Position numbers and translations under genes: made by a program
In this document: one piece after another, positions 28,938 through 38,031 of the stretch
How positions within the stretch are numbered: position 1 is the stretch's first letter
How the letters are laid out: each line of letters begins with the position of its first letter
Assembly: GCA_964371095.1 (NCBI GenBank)
Contig: CAYJMJ010000004.1
Location: 17,651 to 81,650 of the forward strand
Origin: an uncultured Dehalococcoidia bacterium
GTDB taxonomy: Bacteria > Chloroflexota > Dehalococcoidia > DSTF01 > JACRBR01
Length of the DNA: 64,000 nucleotides
Reading direction: 5' to 3'
The notes under the pieces: generated by a model
What the model saw: the letters and a program-made list of their open reading frames with translations, nothing else
Databases searched by the model: none
Told to the model about the DNA's origin: nothing

Positions 28938-30773
28938 ATGACCTCATCCTTTCACTTCTCGCCGCGTCCGAACCGCGCCGCCGAGATCCGCTGGACCGAG
29001 TGGGGCACCGGCGCGTTCGAGCGAGCGCGGCGGGAGGACAAGCCGGTGCTGCTCGGCATCTCCGCCGTCTGGTGTCACTGGTGCCACGTCATGGACGAGA
29101 CGTCGTACTCCGACGGCGAGGTCATACGTCTGATCAACGAGCGGTTCGTGCCGATCCGCGTCGACAACGACCAGCGCCCCGACATCAACGCCCGCTACAA
29201 CATGGGTGGCTGGCCGACCACCGCGTTCCTGACGCCCGACGGCGAAGTGATGGCCGGCATGACGTACGTGCCACCGGACCAGATGCGCGACGTGCTCGCC
29301 CAGGTCAGCACGTACTTCCGTGACAACCGCGCCGACATCGACGCCAAGATCGCCGATATCGTCGCGCGCCGCGACGCCGAACGCAGCGCTTCCACGGCAT
29401 CCGGCGCCGAACTGTCGGACCAGATCCTCCGCGACGCGCTTCACGCCGCGAACGACGCCTACGACCCCGTCTTCGGCGGGTTCGGCGGCGAGCCGAAGTT
29501 CCCCCACACCGAGGCGATCGACCTGCTGCTGCACGTCCACCTGCGCGACGGCGACCGTGACGCCCTCCACATGGCGCGCAAGACGCTCGCGCACATGTAC
29601 GGGGGCGGCACCTACGACCAGGAGTGGGGCGGTTTCTATCGATACTCCACGAAACGCGACTGGAGCGTGCCCCACTACGAGAAGATGATCGAGGACAACG
29701 CGCTGCTCCTCCGCAACCTGCTCAAGCTGTACCGCATCACGCGGGATCCGCAGCACCGGCACTACATCGATGCCACGATCGCCTACACGGACACGTGGCT
29801 GTCCGATGCCGCGTCCGGGGCGTTCTACGGGTCCCAAGACGCCGACGAGGAGTTCTACCCCCTGCCTGCGGCGGAGCGCGCGCGCCGCACGGCGCCGTAC
29901 GTCGACCAGACGATCTACACGAGCTGGAACGCCATGGCGATCAGCGCCTACCTCGAAGCGTCGTGGACGTTGGACCGCCGCGATCTCGAGGAACGCGCGC
30001 TTCGCGCGCTCGACTTCCTCTGGAACCGGCTGCAGACCGGCGGCGCCATGTACCGCTACTTGACACCGGACGGGCCGCGCATCGCCGGCCTGCTCGAGGA
30101 CCAGGCGTGGGCGGCCGCCGCCTGCCTCGATGCGTACGAGGCCGCCGGACGGCCGCCGGACCTCGAACGCGCGCAGACGCTTGTCCGCTTCATGCGCGAC
30201 CGGCTGGCCGCCCCGGGTGGCGCCTTCTACGACACGCCGGCGGAGCACGAGACGCTCGGGCGGCTCGCCCTCCGTCAGACGCCGGTGAAAGAGAATGCCG
30301 TCGCGGCAGGGGTCATGGTGCGGCTCTCGCGCATGACGCACGATGCCGATCTCGAGGCAGCGGCTCGCCGCGCGTTGCTGCCGTTCGCCGGAATCGTCGA
30401 ATCGCAGGGCCACTTCGCCGCCGGGTACGCGACGGCGGTCGACGTGCTGCTGGATCCCGGCGCCGACGTGCGGATCGTCGCTCCGCCGGGCGACCGCGTC
30501 GGGCCGATGCGCGCGGCCGCGCTCGCACTCGCCGTCCCGAGCCGCACCGTGCGCGTCATCGACGATTCGGATGGCGACGCGTTGGAGCGCGCTGGGCTGC
30601 CCGCCCGGCCGTCGCCCGCGGCATACGTCTGCTACGGTACGCTCTGCTCGGAGCCCGTCACAGCGCCCGCCGATCTGGCCGAGGCCGTCCGGCGGACGCG
30701 CGAGGCCTACGAGCGGACGCGTCACATCGAACCGCTCGCCGGACCCCGCACGGGTCGTATGGCGAGCGACTGA
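28938..30773 (+). CDS. thioredoxin-domain protein, DUF255/YyaL family (Trx fold plus six-hairpin glycosidase-like domain)
   Basis: WCHWCHVMDETSYSD CxxC thioredoxin-like N-terminus and the DUF255 signature (YDQEWGGFYRYSTKRDWSVPHYEKMIEDNALL). Confidence 0.85.
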   Translation: MTSSFHFSPRPNRAAEIRWTEWGTGAFERARREDKPVLLGISAVWCHWCHVMDETSYSDGEVIRLINERFVPIRVDNDQRPDINARYNMGGWPTTAFLTPDGEVMAGMTYVPPDQMRDVLAQVSTYFRDNRADIDAKIADIVARRDAERSASTASGAELSDQILRDALHAANDAYDPVFGGFGGEPKFPHTEAIDLLLHVHLRDGDRDALHMARKTLAHMYGGGTYDQEWGGFYRYSTKRDWSVPHYEKMIEDNALLLRNLLKLYRITRDPQHRHYIDATIAYTDTWLSDAASGAFYGSQDADEEFYPLPAAERARRTAPYVDQTIYTSWNAMAISAYLEASWTLDRRDLEERALRALDFLWNRLQTGGAMYRYLTPDGPRIAGLLEDQAWAAAACLDAYEAAGRPPDLERAQTLVRFMRDRLAAPGGAFYDTPAEHETLGRLALRQTPVKENAVAAGVMVRLSRMTHDADLEAAARRALLPFAGIVESQGHFAAGYATAVDVLLDPGADVRIVAPPGDRVGPMRAAALALAVPSRTVRVIDDSDGDALERAGLPARPSPAAYVCYGTLCSEPVTAPADLAEAVRRTREAYERTRHIEPLAGPRTGRMASD

Positions 30774-30792
30774 CGGCGCGAGGAGGCGAACC

Positions 30793-31050
30793 ATGACATC
30801 AGAACAAGAACGGACGGCCGCCAGGCCGATTGAGGCCGCACGACCGAGACGCCGCATCATGCCGGTGCTGGGCGGCATCGCCGCGGCGGCTCTCGGCCTG
30901 TTCCTGTTGCAGAACCTGCAGGAGGTGGACGTGCACTTCCTCTGGTTCAGCTTCAGCACGCGTCTCACGTGGGCGCTGCTCGCCTCCACCGCCTTCGGCG
31001 TCATCTCGCTCGCCGCCTTCTCGATCTTCCGCCGCCGCGACGAGCGTTGA
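30793..31050 (+). CDS. small membrane protein (LapA/DUF1049-like), 85 aa
   Basis: AGGAGG Shine-Dalgarno 6 nt upstream of the ATG and two transmembrane helices. It lies in an alternative frame of a longer spurious ORF. Confidence 0.6.
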   Translation: MTSEQERTAARPIEAARPRRRIMPVLGGIAAAALGLFLLQNLQEVDVHFLWFSFSTRLTWALLASTAFGVISLAAFSIFRRRDER

Positions 31051-31065
31051 CCAAGCGACCGCGCA

Positions 31066-31090
31066 GTCATCCTGAGCGAAGCGAAGGATC
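31066..31090 (+). repeat. dispersed intergenic repeat, copy A (GTCATCCTGAGCGAAGCGAAGGATC)
   Basis: Read directly from the sequence; matches 21 of 25 positions with the copy at 31187-31211. Confidence 0.7.
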
Positions 31091-31186
31091 TACGCCCGTC
31101 GGGCAGTGCCGCACCACGCCACGCGACGCGCGCCAATTCACCGTCGTTCCCATTCGTGATGACCGTTGACCGACGCTTCGCCGATC

Positions 31187-31211
31187 GTCATCCTGACCGG
31201 AGCGAACGATC
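31187..31211 (+). repeat. dispersed intergenic repeat, copy B (GTCATCCTGACCGGAGCGAACGATC)
   Basis: Direct repeat of copy A, 121 bp downstream, in the same intergenic region. Confidence 0.7.
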
Positions 31212-31276
31212 GACACCGATTGGCGAGCCCTGCGCCGCGACCGCGCCGGGCGCACCGCCAGCGAGAGGAGCAATAC

Positions 31277-31810
31277 GTGACACTGCTCGAATTCATCCAG
31301 TCCGAGCTCACCCGCCTGCACGCGATGCTGGATCGTGGCGTCGCCGACCTCACGCCGGAGCAGTGGCACGCCGTGCCGGCGGGCAACCCCAGGACCAACA
31401 CCATCGCCTTCGAGATGTGGCACTACGCCCGCACCGAGGACAACATCGTCCGCTTCATCCTCCAGGGTCGGCGCCCGACGGTGTGGATGGAGGGCGGCTG
31501 GGCGGAGCGCCTCGGCCTGCCCCCCGTGGCGCAGGGCACCGGCATGTCGCCGGAGGACGCCCAGGCGATGCGCATCCCCGATCTCGACGCGTTCAAGCAG
31601 TACGTGCAGGCCGTCTGGGCCAGCACCCGCGACTACCTGGCGAACCCCGATACGTCCGTCTTCGATCAGCCAGTGACCGTGAAGCCGCTTGGTGAGATGC
31701 CGGCGATTCGCGCCCTCGGTCAGGTCTGCATGACGCACGGCTTCACGCACCTCGGCGAACTCGAGATCTGCCGAACGCTGCTCGGCCTCAAGCCGGCGAT
31801 CGGCGTGTGA
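31277..31810 (+). CDS. DinB/YfiT-like family protein
   Basis: DinB_2-like four-helix bundle (EFIQSELTRLHAMLDRGVADLTPEQWHAV...FEMWHYARTEDN). GTG start with GAGAGGAG 8 nt upstream; the ORF is open back to 31166. Confidence 0.7.
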   Translation: MTLLEFIQSELTRLHAMLDRGVADLTPEQWHAVPAGNPRTNTIAFEMWHYARTEDNIVRFILQGRRPTVWMEGGWAERLGLPPVAQGTGMSPEDAQAMRIPDLDAFKQYVQAVWASTRDYLANPDTSVFDQPVTVKPLGEMPAIRALGQVCMTHGFTHLGELEICRTLLGLKPAIGV

Positions 31811-31859
31811 TATCGGACGGCGCCTCCGTTTAACGCGCCGTTAACCGCCGTACGCTATC

Positions 31860-32660
31860 GTGCCACCGGTTACCGGCCAGGAGGCACCCGTGTCCGAGCA
31901 TTCCGGCATTGAAGACGAGCAAACCGCGAACGAACAGGCGCTCCGCGAGGCCGACGAGCAGTCGGCACGCCAACGCATCCCCGGCCCGTTCGATATTGCC
32001 TTCCTCTCCAACACCGAGAACGTCACCGAGTTGCTGCTCGTGCGCCACGGGCAGCAGGAGTACGACGTCAACGGCCCCGTCTCCGAGTTGCTCGACCCGC
32101 CGCTGAGCGCGCTCGGTCGCGAGCAGGCGCGCCTCGTCGGCGCCGCCCTGTCGACCGAGCGCATCGACGCTGTCTACGCGAGCCCGCTCCAGCGCGCGCT
32201 CGACACCGGCCGCGAGATCGCGCGCCATCACCGACTTGAGCCGATCGTGATCGACGACCTGCAGGAGATCGGCATCTTCCGCGACGTTCCGCCCGACCGC
32301 ACGCCGCTCGAGTTCATCGGACCGCGGCTGCTCGCCGGCGTCCGCCAGCGCATGGTCGCGGAGAAGTGCTGGGACGTCTACCCGTACACCGAGCCGAGCC
32401 ATGACTTCAACAAGCGCGTCATCAACGCCATCGAGGGCATCATGGTGACGCACGCCGGCGAGCGCGTCGTTGTGGCGTGCCACGGCGGCGTCATCAACGC
32501 CTACGTCGGCCACCTGATCGGCTCGCGGTACGACATGTTCTTCCGGCCCGCCCACACGTCGATCAACATCGTCGCCGGCGGCGACGGCCGGCGCGCGCTC
32601 TACCGCCTGAACGACATCCACCACCTGCTGACGCCCGAGGGCAGCCTGCACAGCGTCTAA
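31860..32660 (+). CDS. histidine phosphatase family protein (phosphoglycerate mutase-like)
   Basis: LLVRHGQ (RHG motif), conserved Arg/His residues, and the ACHGGVINAY motif. Confidence 0.8.
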   Translation: MPPVTGQEAPVSEHSGIEDEQTANEQALREADEQSARQRIPGPFDIAFLSNTENVTELLLVRHGQQEYDVNGPVSELLDPPLSALGREQARLVGAALSTERIDAVYASPLQRALDTGREIARHHRLEPIVIDDLQEIGIFRDVPPDRTPLEFIGPRLLAGVRQRMVAEKCWDVYPYTEPSHDFNKRVINAIEGIMVTHAGERVVVACHGGVINAYVGHLIGSRYDMFFRPAHTSINIVAGGDGRRALYRLNDIHHLLTPEGSLHSV

Positions 32661-32704
32661 CGCCGCCCGGCACGCCCGGCCGCCGCGCCACACCCAACCA
32701 CCCT

Positions 32705-32756
32705 CGTCATGTTGAGCGCGATACGCCGTCATGCTGAACGCAGCGAAGCATCTTCC
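32705..32756 (+). repeat. dispersed intergenic repeat, tandem copies C and D (GTCATGTTGAGCGCGATACGCC + GTCATGCTGAACGCAGCGAAGCATCTTCC)
   Basis: Same family as 31066 and 46306; shares the GCGAAGCATCTTCCCC tail with the 46306 copy. Confidence 0.65.
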
Positions 32757-32827
32757 CCGGCCGACGCCATCCGCTTCGTTTCGAGCTGACGGCGCCGCCA
32801 CGGTCTCATCGGCTATCATGCACCACC

Positions 32828-33709
32828 ATGACGCGGATCGCGGATCTCAACGGCAAGACGTGCGTCGTCACCGGCGCGAACAGCGGCATCGGCAAGGTCA
32901 CCGCCGCCGCGCTCGCATCGATGGGCGCGCACGTCGTGATGGTCTGCCGCGATCCCGCCCGCGGCGAGGCCGCTCGCGCCGAGATCGCGAAGCGCTCCGC
33001 CAACGAGCGCATCGATCTCTTGATCGCCGATATGGCCTCGCAGCGGCAGATCCGGCAGCTCGCCGCCGGCATCCGCACGCGGTATGACCGGCTCGACGTG
33101 CTCGTCAACAACGCCGGCGCGATGAACACCGCACGCACCCTCACCGAGGACGGCATCGAGACGACGTGGGCGGTCAATCACCTGGCGTACTTCCTGCTGA
33201 CCAACGAGCTGCTCGATGTGCTCAAGGCCAGCGGCCCCTCGCGCGTCGTCAGCGTCAGTTCGCGCGCGCACGTCGGCGCGCGCATCGACTTCGACGACGT
33301 GCAGGGCGAGCGGAAGTTCGCTGGCTATCGCATCTACGGCCAGTCGAAGCTCGCGAACGTCCTCTTCACGTACGAGCTGGCCCGTCGCCTCGAAGGCAGC
33401 CCGGTCACGGCGAACTGCCTGCACCCCGGCGTCGTCGCCACCGGTTTCGGCCACAACAACACCGATCTCTTCGGCCGGGCGTTCGGCACCGTGATGAGCG
33501 GGATTCGCCCGTTCCTGATGAGCCCCGAGCGCGGCGCGGAAACGTCGATTCACCTCGCGGCGTCGCCGGAGATCGAGGGTGTGTCCGGAAAGTACTTCTC
33601 GAGCAAGAAGCCCGTCCGCTCATCGCCGGAGACGTATGACGAGACGACCGCGCGCCGCCTCTGGCAGCTCAGCGAGGAGATGACGCAAATCCGCGTCGCG
33701 GCGGGCTGA
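32828..33709 (+). CDS. SDR-family oxidoreductase
   Basis: TGANSGIGK cofactor-binding motif, NNAG, and the YxxxK catalytic motif (YGQSK). Confidence 0.9.
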   Translation: MTRIADLNGKTCVVTGANSGIGKVTAAALASMGAHVVMVCRDPARGEAARAEIAKRSANERIDLLIADMASQRQIRQLAAGIRTRYDRLDVLVNNAGAMNTARTLTEDGIETTWAVNHLAYFLLTNELLDVLKASGPSRVVSVSSRAHVGARIDFDDVQGERKFAGYRIYGQSKLANVLFTYELARRLEGSPVTANCLHPGVVATGFGHNNTDLFGRAFGTVMSGIRPFLMSPERGAETSIHLAASPEIEGVSGKYFSSKKPVRSSPETYDETTARRLWQLSEEMTQIRVAAG

Positions 33710-33720
33710 GGAGTCGTCGC

Positions 33721-34614
33721 ATGACCTACTCGATCGTCGCGCGCGACGCAGCGACGGGCGCCCTCGGCGTCGCCGTGCAGTCGCACTACTTCTGCGTCGG
33801 CGCGAGCGTCCCCTGGGCCGAGGCCGGCGTCGGCGCGGTCGCGACGCAGGCGATGAGCGAGACCTCGTACGGCCCGCTCGGCCTCGACCTCATGCGCGGC
33901 GGCAAGACGGCGCCCGAGGCCCTGCGCGCGCTCGTCGCCGCGGACGTCGGCGCCGCGATCCGCCAGGTCGCGATGGTCGACGCTGTGGGCAACGCCGCCG
34001 CACACACCGGCGACCACTGCATCACCGAAGCCGGCCACCGCACCGCCGAAAACGTCTCGGTGCAGGCCAACATGATGGAGCGCGGTACCGTTCCTGACGC
34101 GATGCTCGCCGCGTACGGCGCCGCGACCGGCGACCTCACCGAACGGTTACTCGCCGCACTCGACGCCGCCGAGGCGGAAGGCGGCGACATCCGCGGACGC
34201 CAGTCCGCCGCCATCCTCGTCGTCCACGGCGCACGCGGTACGCCACCATGGACGGCACGCCATGTCGACCTCCGTGTCGAGGATCACCCGGCGCCGCTCG
34301 TCGAGCTGCGCCGCCTCGTCACGCTCCGGCGGGCCTACGACGCCTCCGACCGCGGGTTCGAGCGATTCCGATCGGGCGATATCGACGGCGGCATCGCCGA
34401 AATGGAGGCCGGACGCAACCTCGCGCCGGACAACGCCGAGATCGCGTTCTGGCAGGCGCTCGCGCTCGCCCGCCGTGACATCCCGGCCGCGCGTGCGCTG
34501 ATCGCGCAGGCCCGCGCCGCCGACCCCCGCTGGTCCGAGCTCCTCCGCCGTCTCCCCGCCGCCGGCCTCTTCCCGGAAAACGCCACGCTCATCGCGGAGC
34601 TGCTGCGGGAATAA
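33721..34614 (+). CDS. DUF1028-family (Ntn-hydrolase-like) protein with C-terminal helical repeat
   Basis: MTYSIVARDAATGALGVAVQSHYF N-terminus, characteristic of DUF1028. Confidence 0.75.
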   Translation: MTYSIVARDAATGALGVAVQSHYFCVGASVPWAEAGVGAVATQAMSETSYGPLGLDLMRGGKTAPEALRALVAADVGAAIRQVAMVDAVGNAAAHTGDHCITEAGHRTAENVSVQANMMERGTVPDAMLAAYGAATGDLTERLLAALDAAEAEGGDIRGRQSAAILVVHGARGTPPWTARHVDLRVEDHPAPLVELRRLVTLRRAYDASDRGFERFRSGDIDGGIAEMEAGRNLAPDNAEIAFWQALALARRDIPAARALIAQARAADPRWSELLRRLPAAGLFPENATLIAELLRE

Positions 34615-34699
34615 CGGAAGCTGGAGGCTAGAAACTGGAGGCTGGAGAGAGTTGTCCAATCGACGGCGGCGTGGTCGCCATCCAGCTTCCAGCCTCGCT

Positions 34700-34720
34700 C
34701 CGACCTCCGACCTCCGACCT
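34700..34720. repeat. heptamer microsatellite (CCGACCT)x3 directly after the stop codon of the minus-strand hydratase gene
   Basis: Read from the sequence. It is part of an imperfect inverted-repeat region (34617-34700) between two convergent genes. Confidence 0.8.
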
Positions 34721-35515
34721 CTACAAACCCGTAAACCGCGGCTCGCGCTTCTCGCGGAACGCGCGCACGCCCTCGCGCGAATCCTCCGTCGAGCCGGCGA
34801 GGCGGCGCATCGCTTCCCCCATGCGCAGCGCGTCGTCGAACGAGAGCGCCTGCGAGCGCACCGCCACTTCCTTCGTCGCCGCCATTGCTTGCGGTGCGTT
34901 CCGTGCGAGGCGGTCCGCCCATCGCATCGCCTCGGCGATGAGTTCGTCGTGCGGCACGACCCGGTTCACCAGCCCCATGTCATACGCCCGCGGCGCATCG
35001 ACGCGATCACCGACGAGCAGCAGCTCCAGCGCCGCGCCGAGCCCGATCACGCGCGGCGCGCGGATCGCCCCCGCGATCGTCGGCACGCCGATCTGCACCT
35101 CCGGAAACTGGAAGATCGCCCGCTCCGACGCGATCCGCAGGTCGCACGCCAGCGCCAGCGTCAGCCCTTCGCCGATGCAATAGCCGTTCACGGCCGCGAT
35201 CGTCGGCTTCCAGACGTCGAGCCCGCCCTGCAGGTCCCAGTCGAAGCGGGTCTCCCACAGGTGGCGCCCCGGGCCGTGCGGGTGCTGCCGAGTCTCGGCT
35301 TCCGCCTTCCCCCACGTCCGCACGTCGGCGCCCGCCGAGAAGGCTCGGTCGCCCGCGCCGGTGACGATCGCGACGGCGACCTCCGGATCGTCGCGAAACG
35401 CGCTCCATGCATCGTGCAGCTCGACGTGCATCGCGCGGTCGAACGTGTTGAGCGCCTCCGGGCGATCGAGCGTGATCAGCGCAACGCGACCCTGCGGCTC
35501 ATACCGAACAGCCAT
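34721..35515 (-). CDS. enoyl-CoA hydratase/isomerase family protein
   Basis: Crotonase fold (ITGAGDRAFSAGADV...GYCIGEGLTLALACD). Start at MAVRYEP, preceded by GGGAGGGA. Confidence 0.85.
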   Translation of the reverse strand: MAVRYEPQGRVALITLDRPEALNTFDRAMHVELHDAWSAFRDDPEVAVAIVTGAGDRAFSAGADVRTWGKAEAETRQHPHGPGRHLWETRFDWDLQGGLDVWKPTIAAVNGYCIGEGLTLALACDLRIASERAIFQFPEVQIGVPTIAGAIRAPRVIGLGAALELLLVGDRVDAPRAYDMGLVNRVVPHDELIAEAMRWADRLARNAPQAMAATKEVAVRSQALSFDDALRMGEAMRRLAGSTEDSREGVRAFREKREPRFTGL

Positions 35516-35600
35516 GACGTCCCTCCCGTTTCGATGAGAGATCTCCCAGACCGCTACGATAGCACGATGCCGCCGGCTGCATCGGCTACAATCGGCGCTG

Positions 35601-36038
35601 ATGTACGCGTTCGATGTCAGCGTGGAGATCGATGCGCCGCCGCAGCGCGTCTGGCGCGCGCTCTGCGATCCGGCCGAGGTCGTCCAATGGGACACCGGCG
35701 TCGCCGAGGCGATCGACGCGCCGCCCGATTATCCCCGGCCCGGCCAGCACGTGCGATGGCGTTACACAAATGGCCCGTTCCGCCTCCTCCACGACCGCCC
35801 GATCGACGTCGTCGAAAATCAGCGCCTGCGCGCGTCGTTGACGGTCGGCCCGGTGCGATTCGACGAGACGTACACGCTCGATCCGCACAACGCGGGCTGC
35901 CGCCTGACCGCGGCGATGCTCGTCCGCGTGCCGTTGCCCCTGCTCGGCCCGATCGTCGAGCGCTTCTACGCCGGACCGGCGGCCAGGTCCGCGGTGACCG
36001 CCTCCCTCGCCGCCATCAAGCGCCACTGCGAGCGCTAG
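35601..36038 (+). CDS. SRPBCC-family protein
   Basis: MYAFDVSVEIDAPPQRVWRALCDPAEVVQWD is the classic polyketide-cyclase/Aha1-like N-terminus. Confidence 0.75.
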   Translation: MYAFDVSVEIDAPPQRVWRALCDPAEVVQWDTGVAEAIDAPPDYPRPGQHVRWRYTNGPFRLLHDRPIDVVENQRLRASLTVGPVRFDETYTLDPHNAGCRLTAAMLVRVPLPLLGPIVERFYAGPAARSAVTASLAAIKRHCER

Positions 36039-36093
36039 CCACTCCCTAGCATCGCCGCGCGCGCTCGCGGCACGCCTTCGCTGTCCGCGGTTG

Positions 36094-36119
36094 CTCTCTG
36101 CTCTCTGCTCTCTGCTCTG
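36094..36119. repeat. heptamer microsatellite (TCTCTGC)x3-4 ending 1 nt before the stop codon of the minus-strand DSD1 gene
   Basis: Read from the sequence. A GC hairpin (gccgcg...cgcggc, 36046-36063) lies just upstream. Confidence 0.8.
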
Positions 36120-36120
36120 C

Positions 36121-37209
36121 CTACGCCCGCCGCTGCTCGGGATAACCCCGCGCCGCGATCGGCCACGCTCCGGCGACCTCGCCGCCCTCGATCGCGTACA
36201 TCACGTCGTGCAGGTTGATCGTCGGGTCGACGTGCGACGGCCACAGTTCGATGCGGTCACCGACGGCGAGCACAGCCTCGGCGGGCAGCGCGATCGTCGC
36301 GTGCTCGTCGCTCAGGAACAGCACCTTCGCTCCCTCGATCCCCTTCACCGCCGGGTTGCCGTGATCGACCGAACACGCCTTCAGCCCGCTGTCCGAGGCG
36401 CACTGCTCCGGGCGCGGGCGGCTCAACACCGTGCCCAGCACGCTGAACGCCTTCTCGAACGGCATGTCGAGTTGCGCGTACGCGGTGTCCATCAGCGCGT
36501 ACGAGCCTGCCTGGATCTCCGTGATGCCTTCCATCGTTCCCGTGATGTCGTACGTGCCGCTGCCTCCGCCGCTGACGATGTCGCAGCGCAGCCCCGCATC
36601 GCGCACCTGGCGCACTGTCGTGAGCAGCCGCTCCATCGCCTTCGCCGTCTTCTCCTCGCGCTCGGCGCGCGCGGCAATGCCGACGACGTGCCCCTCGTAT
36701 CCCATCAGCCCGCGCAGGATCACACCCTCGGTCGCATCGACGCGCTTCGCCAGCTCGACGGCGGGCTCGCCCGCCGCGATGCCGCACCGCGGCATGCCGA
36801 CGTTGACGTCGACGAGGACGCCGACTTCGACGCCCGCCAGGCGCGCGGCCAGCGCCAGGTCGTTCAGCCCGTACTCCGAGTCGACGGCGACGATGATGCT
36901 CGCCTGCGCCGCCAGCTTGGCCACGCGCGCGGCTTTGCCCGGCCCGACGACCTGGTTCGCGATCAGGATCTCATCCGTCAGCCGTTCGCGTACGACGACC
37001 TCCGCCTCGCCGACGGTGGCGCACGTCAGACCCGTGCAGGAGCCCGCCGCGATCTGCCGCCGCGCGATCTCCGGCGTCTTGTGCGCCTTGAAGTGCGGGC
37101 GCAGCTTGCACGGCCGCCCGGCGAAGTAGTCCGCCATGCGGCGAATATTCCGCTCCATCGCCGCCACGTCGACGACCAGCGCCGGCGTGGGAATCTCGTG
37201 CACCTTCAT
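36121..37209 (-). CDS. D-serine deaminase-like / D-threonine aldolase (alanine-racemase N-terminal domain family, DSD1)
   Basis: PLP-binding Lys region (HFKAHKTPEIARRQIAAG) and a C-terminal DSD1 domain. Start at MKVHEIP, preceded by AAGGAG. Confidence 0.85.
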   Translation of the reverse strand: MKVHEIPTPALVVDVAAMERNIRRMADYFAGRPCKLRPHFKAHKTPEIARRQIAAGSCTGLTCATVGEAEVVVRERLTDEILIANQVVGPGKAARVAKLAAQASIIVAVDSEYGLNDLALAARLAGVEVGVLVDVNVGMPRCGIAAGEPAVELAKRVDATEGVILRGLMGYEGHVVGIAARAEREEKTAKAMERLLTTVRQVRDAGLRCDIVSGGGSGTYDITGTMEGITEIQAGSYALMDTAYAQLDMPFEKAFSVLGTVLSRPRPEQCASDSGLKACSVDHGNPAVKGIEGAKVLFLSDEHATIALPAEAVLAVGDRIELWPSHVDPTINLHDVMYAIEGGEVAGAWPIAARGYPEQRRA

Positions 37210-37319
37210 GGCCTTGCTCCTTTCGGTCGTCCTGACCCGCTGCGCCGAATCTAGCACGAACGCCGCATACGCCCACGGCCGCGCTGGCCCGCACGGCCAT
37301 CGCTCGTTACCCTGCTCAC

Positions 37320-37898
37320 ATGACCGAGCAATCAGGACGGCGGCCCAGGCGCAGGCGCGGCGGACGCGGCGGAGCAAGCCGGCCGCGCGGCGAAGGCAGC
37401 CCCGGGCAGCCAGCGGCCAGCCCGGAGCAGCCGCCCCAGGCCGACGCGCGCGTGCCAAGGCAGGACACGCGTCGCGGCCGCGGCGGCGGCGGCGCTCCCG
37501 AGCGGCCCCGCACGCCCCCAGGACCACCAGGACCCGCGCCCGGCGGCCGCATCCAGCGCGCCCCCGCCGCGGGCGAGCGGCCGAAGCGCGAGCGCGCTCC
37601 GTCCGACGGCCGCTCGCGCGATCGCGGCCCGCAACGTGACCGCGATCGCGGCCCGCGCGTCTTCGAAGCGCCCGTACCTCAAGACGAGCGCTCCATCGAG
37701 CTTGGCGCCATGTTCAAGGAGGCGCAGACCGCGCTCCGCGACGCCCGCAAGGCGCTCGAGAAACGGAAGGCCGACTTCGACGACGAGCCGGAGTGGATGC
37801 TCGAGCAGTACCGCGCCGCCGAAAAGCGCTTCGAGGAGGTCTCCACCGAGTGGTCGGAGCACCTCGCGAAGACCGGCCGCAAGGTCGTCCGCCGCTAG
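37320..37898 (+). CDS. Arg/Gly/Pro-rich protein with structured C-terminal helical domain (hypothetical)
   Basis: The N-terminal 120 aa are low-complexity RGG/Pro-rich. The C-terminus (MFKEAQTALRDARKALEKRKADFDDEPEWMLEQYRAAEKRFEEVSTEWSEHLAKTGRK) looks like real protein. The true start could instead be the internal ATG near 37711. Confidence 0.45.
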   Translation: MTEQSGRRPRRRRGGRGGASRPRGEGSPGQPAASPEQPPQADARVPRQDTRRGRGGGGAPERPRTPPGPPGPAPGGRIQRAPAAGERPKRERAPSDGRSRDRGPQRDRDRGPRVFEAPVPQDERSIELGAMFKEAQTALRDARKALEKRKADFDDEPEWMLEQYRAAEKRFEEVSTEWSEHLAKTGRKVVRR

Positions 37899-38031
37899 GC
37901 CGCTCGTACCCCTCCGGCCATGCAGCGCAGGCTGCCGAATCTCAGGTTGCCCGCTCGATCCGCTTCTCGATGCCGATTCCGCCGTGGTATCGTAGACGCC
38001 TTAACGCGTACGGACCGACGGAGATGCGCCC

